DNA of 64,000 bases. Source: Candidatus Eiseniibacteriota bacterium (GTDB lineage: Bacteria > Eisenbacteria > RBG-16-71-46 > SZUA-252). A program made the translations under genes and the position numbers. This document shows positions 40,073-49,819 of this stretch, piece after piece (within the stretch, counting starts at the first letter, position 1; every line of letters starts with the position of its first letter). The stretch covers positions 608,001 to 672,000 of the forward strand of contig OY969801.1 of assembly GCA_963703225.1 (NCBI GenBank), read 5' to 3'. The notes beneath the pieces are model-generated. The model saw nothing but the letters and a program-made list of their open reading frames with translations, ran no database searches and was not told the DNA's origin.

Positions 40073-40654
40073 ATGAGCAGAGCCGCCCCGGATCCGGGCG
40101 TCGAACGGTACCTCGATCAGGTCCGCGCATCTCTCCGTGGGATGCCCCAGGCCGAGCTGGACGAGATCCTGCTAGAGCTGCGCGGTCACATCGCGGAGCG
40201 ATCGGGACTTGAGGGAGATATCGAGGCGGCCCTACGCTCGCTCGGAAGTCCCACGGAACTGGCGCGCGAGTACCGGACCGATAGCGTGGCGGCGCGGGCG
40301 GAATGCGGCTGGTCTCCGATCGCCGTCTTGCACAGCCTTCTCCTGCTCCGGCGGGGGCGATTCACTGGATTCGCCGTCCTCGCGCTCACCGCGCTCGGCT
40401 ATGCGTGGGCGCTCGCGCTGGGTGCCGCGGCGTTCGAGAAGATCCTGTCCCCTCAGGACGTCGGCCTCTGGTACGGACCCGGCCTCGCGTCGCTGCGCGT
40501 CACGATTGATGGACCGGGGCCCGCGGGGGCACGTGAGTTGCTCGGATGGTGGTTCGTCCCGTTCGGACTCGCGGCGTGCGTGATCCTGCTCCTTCTGACC
40601 AGGCAATTCGGTCTGTGGTGGATTCGTCGTCTCCGCATAGCACGAAAGGGGTGA
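40073..40654 (+). CDS. DUF1700/HAAS-domain membrane protein
   Basis: YLDQVRASL...EILLELRGHI...LGSPTELA plus TM segments; usual PadR partner. Confidence 0.75.
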   Translation: MSRAAPDPGVERYLDQVRASLRGMPQAELDEILLELRGHIAERSGLEGDIEAALRSLGSPTELAREYRTDSVAARAECGWSPIAVLHSLLLLRRGRFTGFAVLALTALGYAWALALGAAAFEKILSPQDVGLWYGPGLASLRVTIDGPGPAGARELLGWWFVPFGLAACVILLLLTRQFGLWWIRRLRIARKG

Positions 40655-40922
40655 ACGAGTGGCTCGAGCCTGCAGCATTCCCCAGAGAGAGCGCTACACC
40701 CGGATGGCGATCGGCGCGGGGGCTGTACTCGGAGGATTTCTGTTCCGGCGCGACGTCCTCACGGCTGTGATCATGGTCACCGTGGGCTCGGCAATGACCG
40801 CACGAGCGGCGCTCGGATACTGACTTTCCCTCCAGATGCTCGGTGCGAGCATCCTCCGCAAGATGCGACGCCAGTGAATTAGCCGTCGAGCTGGCATTGC
40901 CTCGATGCCTGAAGTCGGCCGC

Positions 40923-41726
40923 TCACTCCGACCTAGATTCTTGATACCGCTCGGGCGCGTATCGAGTGGCCAGGAGACCAGTGGCCTCCTCGACATTGAT
41001 GGTCTGCACCAGCACGCCTTCCTGCCCATAGGGTAGGTACGCCTGGCACTCACCGGACGGGGTGATGAGGCTTGTCGCCGATTCTTGGAAGGGCAGGGCA
41101 TAATTGACGCTGGCGAAGTAGATCGTGTTTTCCTTGCTGCGCAGCATCATCGCCTTCTCGTAGTAAGGTCCACCGGCCGCGCCCCACTGCGTCAGACGGA
41201 CACCCTCCCGGTGACTCCCCGTGTGCTGTGGATGAAACACGATCTTGGCGCCCCTCACCGCGGCCCATCGCACTGTCTCGGGATAGCGCCAGCCCTCGTG
41301 GCAGATCGCTACACCAAACTTGAGTCCATCGATCTCGAAGAGTCGCCGCGTATTGCCGGGCACATAGAACCTGTCTTCGGTCGGGTCTACCTGGTTCTTG
41401 GTCTGGTATCCCTGCATGTGGCCCGTGGCGTCGATGACGTAGGCGGCAATCTGCCGGCCAGCCTCCGTGATCCGCTCCGTCCCAAGGATCGTGGCCACCG
41501 AATACGTCCGTGCCCACTGCGCCACGGATTGGAGAACCCGCTCTAGCGTCGTCTGATCGAACGGCAATACCTCAAAGTCCTGTCCCCGTAGACCCGGGAG
41601 ATAGGCCTCCGGGAAGCAGAGGATCGCCGCGCCTTGGGCAGAAGCTTCAGACTGAAACCGCCTGATCTTGTCCAAGCCCTCATCAAGGGTCGACGCGACA
41701 CGAGGCGTCGCTAGAGCAATGATCAC
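40923..41726 (-). CDS. Carbon-nitrogen hydrolase family protein
   Basis: Triad motifs FPE, K and ICHE. Confidence 0.85.
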   Translation of the reverse strand: MIIALATPRVASTLDEGLDKIRRFQSEASAQGAAILCFPEAYLPGLRGQDFEVLPFDQTTLERVLQSVAQWARTYSVATILGTERITEAGRQIAAYVIDATGHMQGYQTKNQVDPTEDRFYVPGNTRRLFEIDGLKFGVAICHEGWRYPETVRWAAVRGAKIVFHPQHTGSHREGVRLTQWGAAGGPYYEKAMMLRSKENTIYFASVNYALPFQESATSLITPSGECQAYLPYGQEGVLVQTINVEEATGLLATRYAPERYQESRSE

Positions 41727-41773
41727 AAATACCTCCGATGAGAATGGTCAGCAAGCCTGGGGCACGGTCGCCA

Positions 41774-42361
41774 TCAGCGCCGCCTGCCGGCGAGTTCCCG
41801 CTGGCGATAGCATGAGACCTCGTGATCGTTCACCATTCCCACCGCCTGCATGAAGGCGTAGACGATCGTGAAGCCGACGAACCGGAAGCCTCGCCTCTTC
41901 AGATCCACACTGAGGGCGTCCGAGTCCGGCGTGCGAGCGGGGACCTCATGCAAGCCCGCCCGTCGATTCTGGATCGGCATTCCGTTCACGAATTGCCAGA
42001 CGTAGCTGTCGAAGCTCCCGAACTCCTCTCTCACGTCGAGAAACGCGCGGGCGTTCGACACGGTCGACTCGATCTTGAGACGGTTTCGCACGATACCGGG
42101 ATTCTTCATGAGCACCCCGCGTCGCCGCGCATCGAATCGAGCGACGCGCGCCGGGTCGAAGCCGGCGAAGGCCTCGCGGTAGCTCTCCCGTTTGCGGAGG
42201 ATCGTGCTCCAGGAAAGACCGGCCTGCGCACCCTCCAAGGTCAGGAACTCGAAGAGGCGCCGATCATCGTGTACCGGCACGCCCCACTCCTCATCGTGGT
42301 AGCGGCGCATCAAGGGATCACTCCCGGCCCACGCGCAAACCCGTTTGCTTGATGCGTTCAT
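41774..42361 (-). CDS. tag: DNA-3-methyladenine glycosylase I
   Basis: YHDEEWG, LEGAQAGLSW, IVRNRLKI and GMVNDH motifs. Confidence 0.95.
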   Translation of the reverse strand: MNASSKRVCAWAGSDPLMRRYHDEEWGVPVHDDRRLFEFLTLEGAQAGLSWSTILRKRESYREAFAGFDPARVARFDARRRGVLMKNPGIVRNRLKIESTVSNARAFLDVREEFGSFDSYVWQFVNGMPIQNRRAGLHEVPARTPDSDALSVDLKRRGFRFVGFTIVYAFMQAVGMVNDHEVSCYRQRELAGRRR

Positions 42362-42400
42362 GCAGAAATCGCTCCTCGGGCGGGCACGGACATGGCCTGC

Positions 42401-43045
42401 CTATCGCCTCGCGAATTTGAGATGAGTCACCTTTGGCGCGGCGACCGTTCGCACGAGCTCGAGCCCGTGCAGATCGTCGCCGACACGGGCGAACAAGCGC
42501 TCACCGCTGCCGAGCAGCGTCGGCACGACGCTGATCTCCATCTCGTCTACCAGGCCCGCCGCGAGATACTGCTGTGCGGCACTGGCTCCACCGGCGAGCG
42601 ATACATCCTTGCCGCCGGCGGCCCGCCGCGCCTGGTCAAGTGCTGTCTCGATGCCGTCGGTGACGAACGTGAAGGTGTTTCCGCCTTCAAGCTTGAGCGG
42701 CTCGCGTGAATGATGCGTGAGTACGAACACCGAATGATGGAACGGCGGGTTGACCCCCCACCAACCGTCCCACGGCTTTTTGGCATCCCAAGGGCCGGGG
42801 TGGCCGCCAAACATGTTGCGCCCCATCACCGTGGCCCCAATGTTGGCAAGCGACTCCTCGACGACCCGTGTGCTTTCGTCGACCTCCCCGCCTGGGAGGC
42901 CGTGCATCGCTCGCCAGATGGTGAGTGGAAACACCCACTCATGAAGGCGCATGCCGCCGATCCCGAGAGGGTTGTCCACGCTCTGGCTGGGTCCGGCGAC
43001 AAAGCCGTCGAGCGACATCGAGATCTTGAACCGCAGCTTGGACAC
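42401..43045 (-). CDS. Dihydrofolate reductase / RibD C-terminal family protein
   Basis: SMSLDGFVAGP, VMGRNMF, AGGA and LGSGERLF motifs. Confidence 0.85.
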   Translation of the reverse strand: MSKLRFKISMSLDGFVAGPSQSVDNPLGIGGMRLHEWVFPLTIWRAMHGLPGGEVDESTRVVEESLANIGATVMGRNMFGGHPGPWDAKKPWDGWWGVNPPFHHSVFVLTHHSREPLKLEGGNTFTFVTDGIETALDQARRAAGGKDVSLAGGASAAQQYLAAGLVDEMEISVVPTLLGSGERLFARVGDDLHGLELVRTVAAPKVTHLKFARR

Positions 43046-43094
43046 GTTCTATCTCCTATCTCACGATGTCTCGATTGCCAGGGGGCCGAAGATG

Positions 43095-43334
43095 TCACGC
43101 CTGGTCGTCGTCCTCGCGCAGGTGGCCGAAACCCGAGTCCTCGCTCAGCATCTGCCCGTCCAGCCAGCGATCCAGGATGCTCCTGCGAAAGCGCCACTCT
43201 TTCCCGAGCTTGACTGCGGGGATGCGCTTCTCCTGCGCCCACTTGTATATCGTCTGGGGCTTGAGGCGCAGGTAAAGCGCCACCTCCTCCAGCGTCAGAA
43301 TCTCATGGTCGTGGGGTGGGTTCGAGCCGCTCAA
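43095..43334 (-). CDS. Excisionase-family helix-turn-helix DNA-binding protein
   Basis: ILTLEEVALYLRLKPQTIYKWAQEKRIPAVKLGKEWRF; TTG start overlaps the upstream stop. Confidence 0.8.
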   Translation of the reverse strand: MSGSNPPHDHEILTLEEVALYLRLKPQTIYKWAQEKRIPAVKLGKEWRFRRSILDRWLDGQMLSEDSGFGHLREDDDQA

Positions 43335-44182
43335 CGCGCGCGTGCCCCGCTGCTGTCGGAGGATGAGGGCGGCTGGAGGTTGAACGGGATTCCCGCGGGG
43401 CGCCGGATCAACGATGGATCGACCGGTGACACGTCGAAATCGCCCGGCGACATCTTTCCCTCCCCGCGCGAGAGTCTCTCCAGCGAATAGACCACGGCAG
43501 TGTAGAAGTTGCCCTCGTTGTGACGAAACAGCCGGAAGGGCTGACCGCGGTCCCCCACGAAGGGCTGAAGGTTCCACGCCATCTGAATGCCGACGAATGC
43601 GAACAGCACGGCCCAGACCTTCATGATGGTCATCGCCTTCTTGGGGTAGACACCACGTTTCTCGCAGGCGAACGCAAGGCCGTCGTGCAGCGCGGCCATC
43701 CCCAGAAGCCCGGCACCGAGCACGATCAGCACGTGCAGGAGCGTGAGGAAGTAGTAGTTGGCTCCGGTGAAAAGGAAGAACACGGTGATGGGCACGACGG
43801 CCCCGAGCAGGATCGCGCTGACCGAGAGTGCGCCGAGCACCAGCGCGAGGACCTGCGCTAGCCGTAGGCGCGAGCCGACCAGCACCTGGATTACGAAGAA
43901 CCCGGGGAAGCAGATCGCGAGGGTTCCCAGGAACAGGAACGGCAACTTGATCGCTGCCGAGACGGCCTGGGCGGGGCTCGCGTAGGAACCCGCGGCGGCA
44001 CCGTAGATAGCGGAGAGTCCCACGAGCGTCCACAGGGCGTAGGTGAGTTTCTGGCGCAGTCCCTCGCCTTCAACGACCTCCTCGAAGAACCGGTCGCGAT
44101 CGCTGAGGATCTGCGTCAGATATGCCGTAAACCCGGTGGCGGATGCTGGGGAAGCAACCTGCGTCGCGGGGGCTCTGGTCAT
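43331..44182 (-). CDS. Conserved multi-pass membrane protein (Yip1-like)
   Basis: SAAIKLPFLF...ICFP...FVGIQMAWNLQPFVG; RBS AGGAGG. Confidence 0.7.
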   Translation of the reverse strand: MTRAPATQVASPASATGFTAYLTQILSDRDRFFEEVVEGEGLRQKLTYALWTLVGLSAIYGAAAGSYASPAQAVSAAIKLPFLFLGTLAICFPGFFVIQVLVGSRLRLAQVLALVLGALSVSAILLGAVVPITVFFLFTGANYYFLTLLHVLIVLGAGLLGMAALHDGLAFACEKRGVYPKKAMTIMKVWAVLFAFVGIQMAWNLQPFVGDRGQPFRLFRHNEGNFYTAVVYSLERLSRGEGKMSPGDFDVSPVDPSLIRRPAGIPFNLQPPSSSDSSGARAR

Positions 44183-44381
44183 GGCGGCGGCCCTCCTTTC
44201 GCGATGATCATCCCGCTCCGGACAGGCTATGTCAATGTTTATTTATGTTTGTTGCTGTTATCTGGCCCCCTCGGAGGGATGTTGGCTGTATGGGCGCCTA
44301 TTTCGCAAGTGTATGCTACCCTTCCCGCCGGCTGGTAATGACCTGTAGTCAACAGGACTTGGACCCGATCGCCCGACCGAC

Positions 44382-46067
44382 GTGACCCGCCCGAGGAGCC
44401 GACGAGGCCCTAAGCCCCCAGAGCCCGCCGCTCTTTCCGTCCGCGTCCAGCTCCTCCTGTTTGGAGTCGCGTTCGCCCTCCGGCTGCTGCACGTCTTGGC
44501 GATCCGCGATAACCCCTACTTCAACCACCCCATCATCGACGCGGGCACCTACGACCAGGCCGCGCGCGCGATCGCGTCCGGGCATGGTCACCCCGACCTC
44601 GTCTTCTGGCAGCCGCCGGGTTACACATACTTTCTCGGCTTCATCTACGCGCTATTCGACGGCAGCCATCTCGCTCCGCGGATCATTCAGGCGGTTCTCG
44701 GCGCAGGATCGGCGCTTCTCACCGCTCGGATCGGCGCCCTCGCTTTTAGCCCCGCGATCGGAATCGCGGCGGGCATGGCGGTCGGATGTTATGGAACCCT
44801 GATCTACGACGACGCGGAGCTTCTCACTCCGGCGGTCACCATCGCGCTCCAGCTCGCAAGCGTTGAGCTTGCGTTGCGCGCCGTGAATCGAGCCTCGGGA
44901 CCGCGATGGGCGGGAGTTGGATTTTTAGCCGGCCTCGCGTCGACGGTCACGGCGACGACGCTGGTGTGGGTCGCGGTTTTCGCTTTCTTCGCGCGCCGTT
45001 ACGCGCCGGCGGTCCTCCTCGCGGCCGCTGTGGCCATCATGCCTCTTACCTGGAGGAATGCGGTCCGGGGAAGGGAGGCGGTTCTGATCTCGACCAACGG
45101 CGGGATCAATCTATACATCGGCAACAATCCACACTACGACGAGATGGTCGGCGTTCGTCCCGACCTCCAATGGAAGCGGTTGGTCCGGGAGCCGTTCCGC
45201 GCCGGCATCCGAGGCAAGTCGGCCGCCTCGAATTACTTCGTCCAGAGAGTCTTCCAGTTCGCGGTGCAGGATCCAGGAGGCTTTCTCGCGATCCAGGCGA
45301 AGAAACTCTATCTGCTCCTCGCGGGGAACGAGATCCCGCGCAATCAGGCAATCTATCCGTTCCGCGTGGAGTCGCCGATCCTCGCCGCGCTGCTCTGGAA
45401 AGTCCCGGGTCTGGCGTTTCCCTGGGGCCTGCTCGCCCCGACCGCGCTTGTCGGGCTGGTGACAACCTGGCGACGGGCGCCCTTGCTCGCCGCGCTCCTC
45501 GTCGCCTATGGGGCCACCGTGGTGGCATTTTTCATCACCGCGCGCTATCGACTCCCGCTCGTGCCTCTCGCGACGATCTTTGCGGCCGGCGGGGTCGCCT
45601 GGTTCGTCCGCGAGGGGGACTGGCGCCGCCGCGTCGGGGCCCTGTCCGCATGGGCAGCCCTCTATGCCGTCTCCAACGTCGGCCAGGGACCGATGGAGCG
45701 GCGGATGAATCCGGACGCGGAGTACAGCCTTGGTGCCAGCTACGATGAGGAAGGGAATCGCCGAGAGGCGCGTCGCTACTACCTCGCCGCGCTGGAGCAG
45801 CGACCGGACTATCCCGAGGCCTGGGTCAACCTGGGCGTGTTGGACGCGACCGAAGGGCGCCCGGCCCAGGCGGAGGAGGAGTTTCGCCGAGCGCTCGCGT
45901 TGGAGCCCGACGAGCCGGTCACCCTCGTCAATCTCGGGATCCTTTGCGAAAAATCAGGACGGACTGAGGAGGCGGCCGGCCTCTACCGGCGGGCCCTGGC
46001 CGTGGAACCCGGCGACGTCGAAGCGCGCCGGAGGCTCTCGGCGCTGGAGCGCCCGGCGGCGCCCTAG
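44382..46067 (+). CDS. GT-C family glycosyltransferase-like membrane protein with C-terminal TPRs
   Basis: D...YD..A, WQPPGY, NGGINLYIGNN and RYRLP motifs; TPR repeats. Confidence 0.75.
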   Translation: MTRPRSRRGPKPPEPAALSVRVQLLLFGVAFALRLLHVLAIRDNPYFNHPIIDAGTYDQAARAIASGHGHPDLVFWQPPGYTYFLGFIYALFDGSHLAPRIIQAVLGAGSALLTARIGALAFSPAIGIAAGMAVGCYGTLIYDDAELLTPAVTIALQLASVELALRAVNRASGPRWAGVGFLAGLASTVTATTLVWVAVFAFFARRYAPAVLLAAAVAIMPLTWRNAVRGREAVLISTNGGINLYIGNNPHYDEMVGVRPDLQWKRLVREPFRAGIRGKSAASNYFVQRVFQFAVQDPGGFLAIQAKKLYLLLAGNEIPRNQAIYPFRVESPILAALLWKVPGLAFPWGLLAPTALVGLVTTWRRAPLLAALLVAYGATVVAFFITARYRLPLVPLATIFAAGGVAWFVREGDWRRRVGALSAWAALYAVSNVGQGPMERRMNPDAEYSLGASYDEEGNRREARRYYLAALEQRPDYPEAWVNLGVLDATEGRPAQAEEEFRRALALEPDEPVTLVNLGILCEKSGRTEEAAGLYRRALAVEPGDVEARRRLSALERPAAP

Positions 46068-46093
46068 TGTGGCGATCCCCCCTCGAAATGGTC

Positions 46094-46123
46094 TTGACGC
46101 GGCCTATGCGTTTTGTATACAAT
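46094..46123 (+). promoter_or_regulatory. Sigma70 promoter overlapped by a GntR/FadR-type operator
   Basis: TTGACG-18 bp-TACAAT with perfect palindrome TTGTATACAA at 46113-46122; a GntR gene is in the downstream operon. Confidence 0.65.
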
Positions 46124-46162
46124 ATTCAAAAGCACCGTCTCCCGCCTGAAGGAGGGTCATTC

Positions 46163-47869
46163 ATGTCTCGCACGGTTGGTGGTGGAATCGCCGCGGCGGC
46201 GGCAGCAATCGTGGCTGTCGCCGTCGTTCAGTTCGGTCCTTGGACCAGGGGGTCGGCGGAAACGCCCGATCGCTCGGCGGGGGCCGACCGCTGGTGGGAG
46301 CACGTGTCGGTGCTCGCGAGCGATTCGCTCGCAGGTCGCGCCGCCGGGACGGCCGACTACGAGCGAGCGGCCCAGTACGTCGCGAACGCATTCCGGGCGG
46401 AGGGACTTCTACCCGGGGCGTCGGACGGTTATCTCGACCCGGTTGGCCTCGTCTCTCGGCGGATCGACGAGGGCTCCTCGTCCATCACGCTCACATGCGG
46501 AGGCCGACGCACGCCCCTCACTCTGGGGCGGGACGCCTTCTTCCAACTCGGGGCGCCAGCCCCGGACCGCCTCGAAGCGCCGCTCGTCTTCGTGGGCTAC
46601 GGCCTCCACGCGCCGGAGGCCGGGTTCGACGATCTCCAGGGGCTTGACCTCCGCGGCAGGCTGGCGGTCTTCATTCAGGGCGGGCCGAAGGGAATCGGGG
46701 AGCCGTATCGCTCCCATCTCCAGTCGAACGCCGTGCGATGGGAGGCCATCCGCCGAACGGGGGCGGTCGGATGGATCTCCATTCCCAATCCACGCTTTCT
46801 CGATCTGCCGTTCGAACGGATCGCGCGGCAGCGGCTCGCGCCCGCCATGTCGCTCTCCGATTCCTCCCTCGACGATCGGTACGGGCAGAAGATCTCGATC
46901 CTCTTCAACCCGGCGAGCGCGCCGCTCCTCTTCGAAAGAGCGCCGTATCGCTTTGAAGATATCCTGGCCCTGGCTGATTCGGGCGGCGTGCTTCCTCGCT
47001 TTCCGCTCGCCGTGGAAATCCACGCCGCGGCCCACTACGAATCCAGGCGCGCCATGGCTTCGAACGTCGTGGCGCTTTTGCCGGGCACCGACCGCAAGCT
47101 GCGGCAGGAGGCCGTGATCGTCTCGGCCCACCTCGACCATCTTGGAACGGTCGCGCCGGTCGAAGGCGATTCGATCTGTAACGGCGCGCTCGACAACGCG
47201 GCGGGAGTGGCTTCGCTCCTGGAGGTCGCTCGGATGGCCCACGAGTCGGGGTGGCATGGGCGGCGGACCGTCGTCTTCCTGGCCTGCACGGCGGAGGAGA
47301 AGGGACTTCTCGGCTCGAGATCGTTCGCATTTCGCCCTCCGCGCAGCATGCCGCGCATCGTGGCGGATCTGAACGTCGACATGTTCCTTCCCCTGATTCC
47401 CCTCCGGCGAATGATCGTATTCGGAGAGAACGAGTCCGATCTCGGGCCGCTTGTCCGTGACGCAGCGGCCCGGCAGGGGGTGGAGATCCAGCCCGATCCG
47501 GAACCGCTGAAGACTCGATTCATCCGAAGCGACCAGTACAGCTTCATTCGGCGGGGCGTACCGAGCGTGGCGTTCAAGTGCGGATACGAGATCGGGACGG
47601 CCGAGGAGACCCTGATGACGGCATGGCTCCACGAGCGCTACCATGCCCCTTCGGACGACCTCGAGCAGCCGGTCGACCGATCGTGCGCTAAGAAGTTCTC
47701 TCAGATTCTCTTTGAGGCCACGAAAGCGGTCGCGGATCGGCCCGAGGCGCCGCGATGGAGTCAGGAAAGCTTTTTTCGGAGGCTTGCCGCTCGGAGCGTG
47801 AGCAGCTCCGCCCCCTCTTCCGACGGGAAGGCGCTCGCCGATCCGTCTCGTATGGAGCCAGAACGATGA
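46163..47869 (+). CDS. M28 family metallopeptidase with PA domain
   Basis: SAHLDHLG, GALDNAAG, AEEKGLLGS, RSDQYSF and YHAPSDD motifs. Confidence 0.88.
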   Translation: MSRTVGGGIAAAAAAIVAVAVVQFGPWTRGSAETPDRSAGADRWWEHVSVLASDSLAGRAAGTADYERAAQYVANAFRAEGLLPGASDGYLDPVGLVSRRIDEGSSSITLTCGGRRTPLTLGRDAFFQLGAPAPDRLEAPLVFVGYGLHAPEAGFDDLQGLDLRGRLAVFIQGGPKGIGEPYRSHLQSNAVRWEAIRRTGAVGWISIPNPRFLDLPFERIARQRLAPAMSLSDSSLDDRYGQKISILFNPASAPLLFERAPYRFEDILALADSGGVLPRFPLAVEIHAAAHYESRRAMASNVVALLPGTDRKLRQEAVIVSAHLDHLGTVAPVEGDSICNGALDNAAGVASLLEVARMAHESGWHGRRTVVFLACTAEEKGLLGSRSFAFRPPRSMPRIVADLNVDMFLPLIPLRRMIVFGENESDLGPLVRDAAARQGVEIQPDPEPLKTRFIRSDQYSFIRRGVPSVAFKCGYEIGTAEETLMTAWLHERYHAPSDDLEQPVDRSCAKKFSQILFEATKAVADRPEAPRWSQESFFRRLAARSVSSSAPSSDGKALADPSRMEPER

Positions 47870-47915
47870 AATGGAACATTCGTGAGATCGCCGCGGCAAA
47901 TCCTATGGGGCCGGT

Positions 47916-48617
47916 ATGACCGCTTCCGACCTCAGCCCGATCGCCGGGACCCTTGTCCGGGCGCCACTTCGACAAGAGGTGCGCCGCGTCGTGCGTCATG
48001 GAATTCTGCAGGGCACCCTCGCGCCAGGCGGTGACGTGAACGAGGCCGAGCTGGCCGCGCAGCTTGGCGTGAGCCGCACGCCGCTTCGCGAAGCGCTCCT
48101 CGGTCTCGAATCCGAGGGTTTTCTTCGGAGCGTGGCGGGACGTGGATTCATGGTGGCGCCGCTGACGGAGAGGGACGTCCATGAGATCTATCCCGTCCTG
48201 TGGACGCTGGAGGGGCAGGCGCTCCAGAGCGCGCCCGTGCCCGACGCGAGCATCATCAAAGAGCTCGCAGCCCTCAACGCCGAGCTGGACGCGTCCACGA
48301 AGTCGCCGGAGAAGGCGCTCGCGCTTGACCGGAGGTGGCACGAGCTGCTGTTGAGCGGGTGCAAGAATCGCCATCTTCTCGACAGGATCCGTCAGATGAA
48401 GGACCTCGCCGAGCGATATGAGCTCGCCTACATGCGCCACTCGGGATTCGTCCCGTTCTCCGCGAAGCAGCATCGTGCCATCATGGCGGCGCTCAGGAAG
48501 AAGGATTTTCCGGGAGCGGTGGCTCACCTGGTGGACAATTGGCGGGTGAGCCAGGAATTCCTTATCCCGTGGATTCGCGAGGCGGCGATGCCAGGACCAC
48601 CGTCGAGGCGCCGGTGA
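47916..48617 (+). CDS. GntR family regulator (FCD)
   Basis: ELAAQLGVSRTPLREAL HTH; H...N...H FCD residues. Confidence 0.9.
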   Translation: MTASDLSPIAGTLVRAPLRQEVRRVVRHGILQGTLAPGGDVNEAELAAQLGVSRTPLREALLGLESEGFLRSVAGRGFMVAPLTERDVHEIYPVLWTLEGQALQSAPVPDASIIKELAALNAELDASTKSPEKALALDRRWHELLLSGCKNRHLLDRIRQMKDLAERYELAYMRHSGFVPFSAKQHRAIMAALRKKDFPGAVAHLVDNWRVSQEFLIPWIREAAMPGPPSRRR

Positions 48618-49807
48618 GCCGGGGCAGCCGGCAAGCCTCGCCGAACGGTCAGCGGCAAGCTCCCGACGTCGTCGAGTTGCTCGCGTCGCTGGTACGGATC
48701 CCTTCGGTGAATCCATCGCTGGCACCCGATGAAGCCACGGGAGAGGCCGCGATCGCGTCGTTCATCCGCGACTGGCTGGGTCGGGTGGGCGTTCCCGCCG
48801 TTCTCGAAGAGGCGGCGCCCGGGCGGCCGAACGTCGTCGGGAGGGTGGGAGGCGGCCCCGGCGCCACGCTCGTCTTTTGCGCCCATATCGACACCGTGGG
48901 CACGGCCGGGATGACGATCCCACCCCTCGAACCGACGCAGCGAGATGGAAAGCTCTACGGCCGCGGGTCCTTCGACATGAAGGGCGGACTCGCCGCGGTC
49001 TTGACCGCGGGGGCGCGACTTCAGCACGAGTGGAGCGCGGCGCCGGGAGGAGGGCCCGGTACGGTGCTCCTTGCCTGCGTCGCCGACGAGGAATACACGA
49101 GTCTCGGCGCGGACCATTTCGTGGCGAACCACAGGGCCGACGCATGCGTGCTGACCGAGGCGAGCGAAGGGGATCTGATCGTCGCCCACAAGGGCTTCGT
49201 CTGGCTTGAACTCCGCACCAAGGGGCGCGCGGCCCATGGAAGCCGCTGGGACCTGGGACGGAGCGCCATCGGCTCGATGGCGCGAATCGTCGACGCGCTC
49301 GAGCGGTTCGACCGCGAGACCCTCCGGGATCGCCGGCACGAGCTGGTGGGCCCGGCCTCCATGCATTGCGCTGTGATTCAGGGAGGGGTCGGGATCTCGA
49401 CCTACGCGCCCGAATGCACGGCCCGAGTCGAGCGGCGAACGCTCCCCGGCGAGTCGCCGGAGAAGGTCGCCGACGAGATTCGCGCCGTTATCGCCTCGAT
49501 CGGCGAGACGGCGGAGGTGACCGTCGAGTTCTCGCGCCCGCCGCTCCTCTGCGATCCGGGGGCGCCGATCGCGGACGCGATGCGGGGCGCCGTCATCGAC
49601 GTGACCGGTGCTTTGCCCCGCGATAAGGGAGTTGGCTACTGGATGGACGCCGCGGTCTTCGCGGCCGCGGGCATTCCGACGGTCGACTACGGTCCGACGG
49701 GCTTCGGTGCTCACGAGGCGGTGGAATGGGTCGAGATCGACTCGGTCAAACGTTGCGCGGACGTCCTGGTGCGCGGGGCGGAGCGATTCTTTGTGGCAAA
49801 GCCGTAA
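48614..49807 (+). CDS. M20 ArgE/DapE family deacylase
   Basis: HIDTV, GRGSFDMKGG, DEE and AHEAVEW motifs. Confidence 0.88.
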   Translation: MSRGSRQASPNGQRQAPDVVELLASLVRIPSVNPSLAPDEATGEAAIASFIRDWLGRVGVPAVLEEAAPGRPNVVGRVGGGPGATLVFCAHIDTVGTAGMTIPPLEPTQRDGKLYGRGSFDMKGGLAAVLTAGARLQHEWSAAPGGGPGTVLLACVADEEYTSLGADHFVANHRADACVLTEASEGDLIVAHKGFVWLELRTKGRAAHGSRWDLGRSAIGSMARIVDALERFDRETLRDRRHELVGPASMHCAVIQGGVGISTYAPECTARVERRTLPGESPEKVADEIRAVIASIGETAEVTVEFSRPPLLCDPGAPIADAMRGAVIDVTGALPRDKGVGYWMDAAVFAAAGIPTVDYGPTGFGAHEAVEWVEIDSVKRCADVLVRGAERFFVAKP

Positions 49808-49819
49808 CTCGGGGGGAAT

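Noticed and set aside
44340..44353. CTGTAGTCAAC resembling the arm's left box
   Set aside because: Too short, with no other arm or core motif nearby; could be chance.
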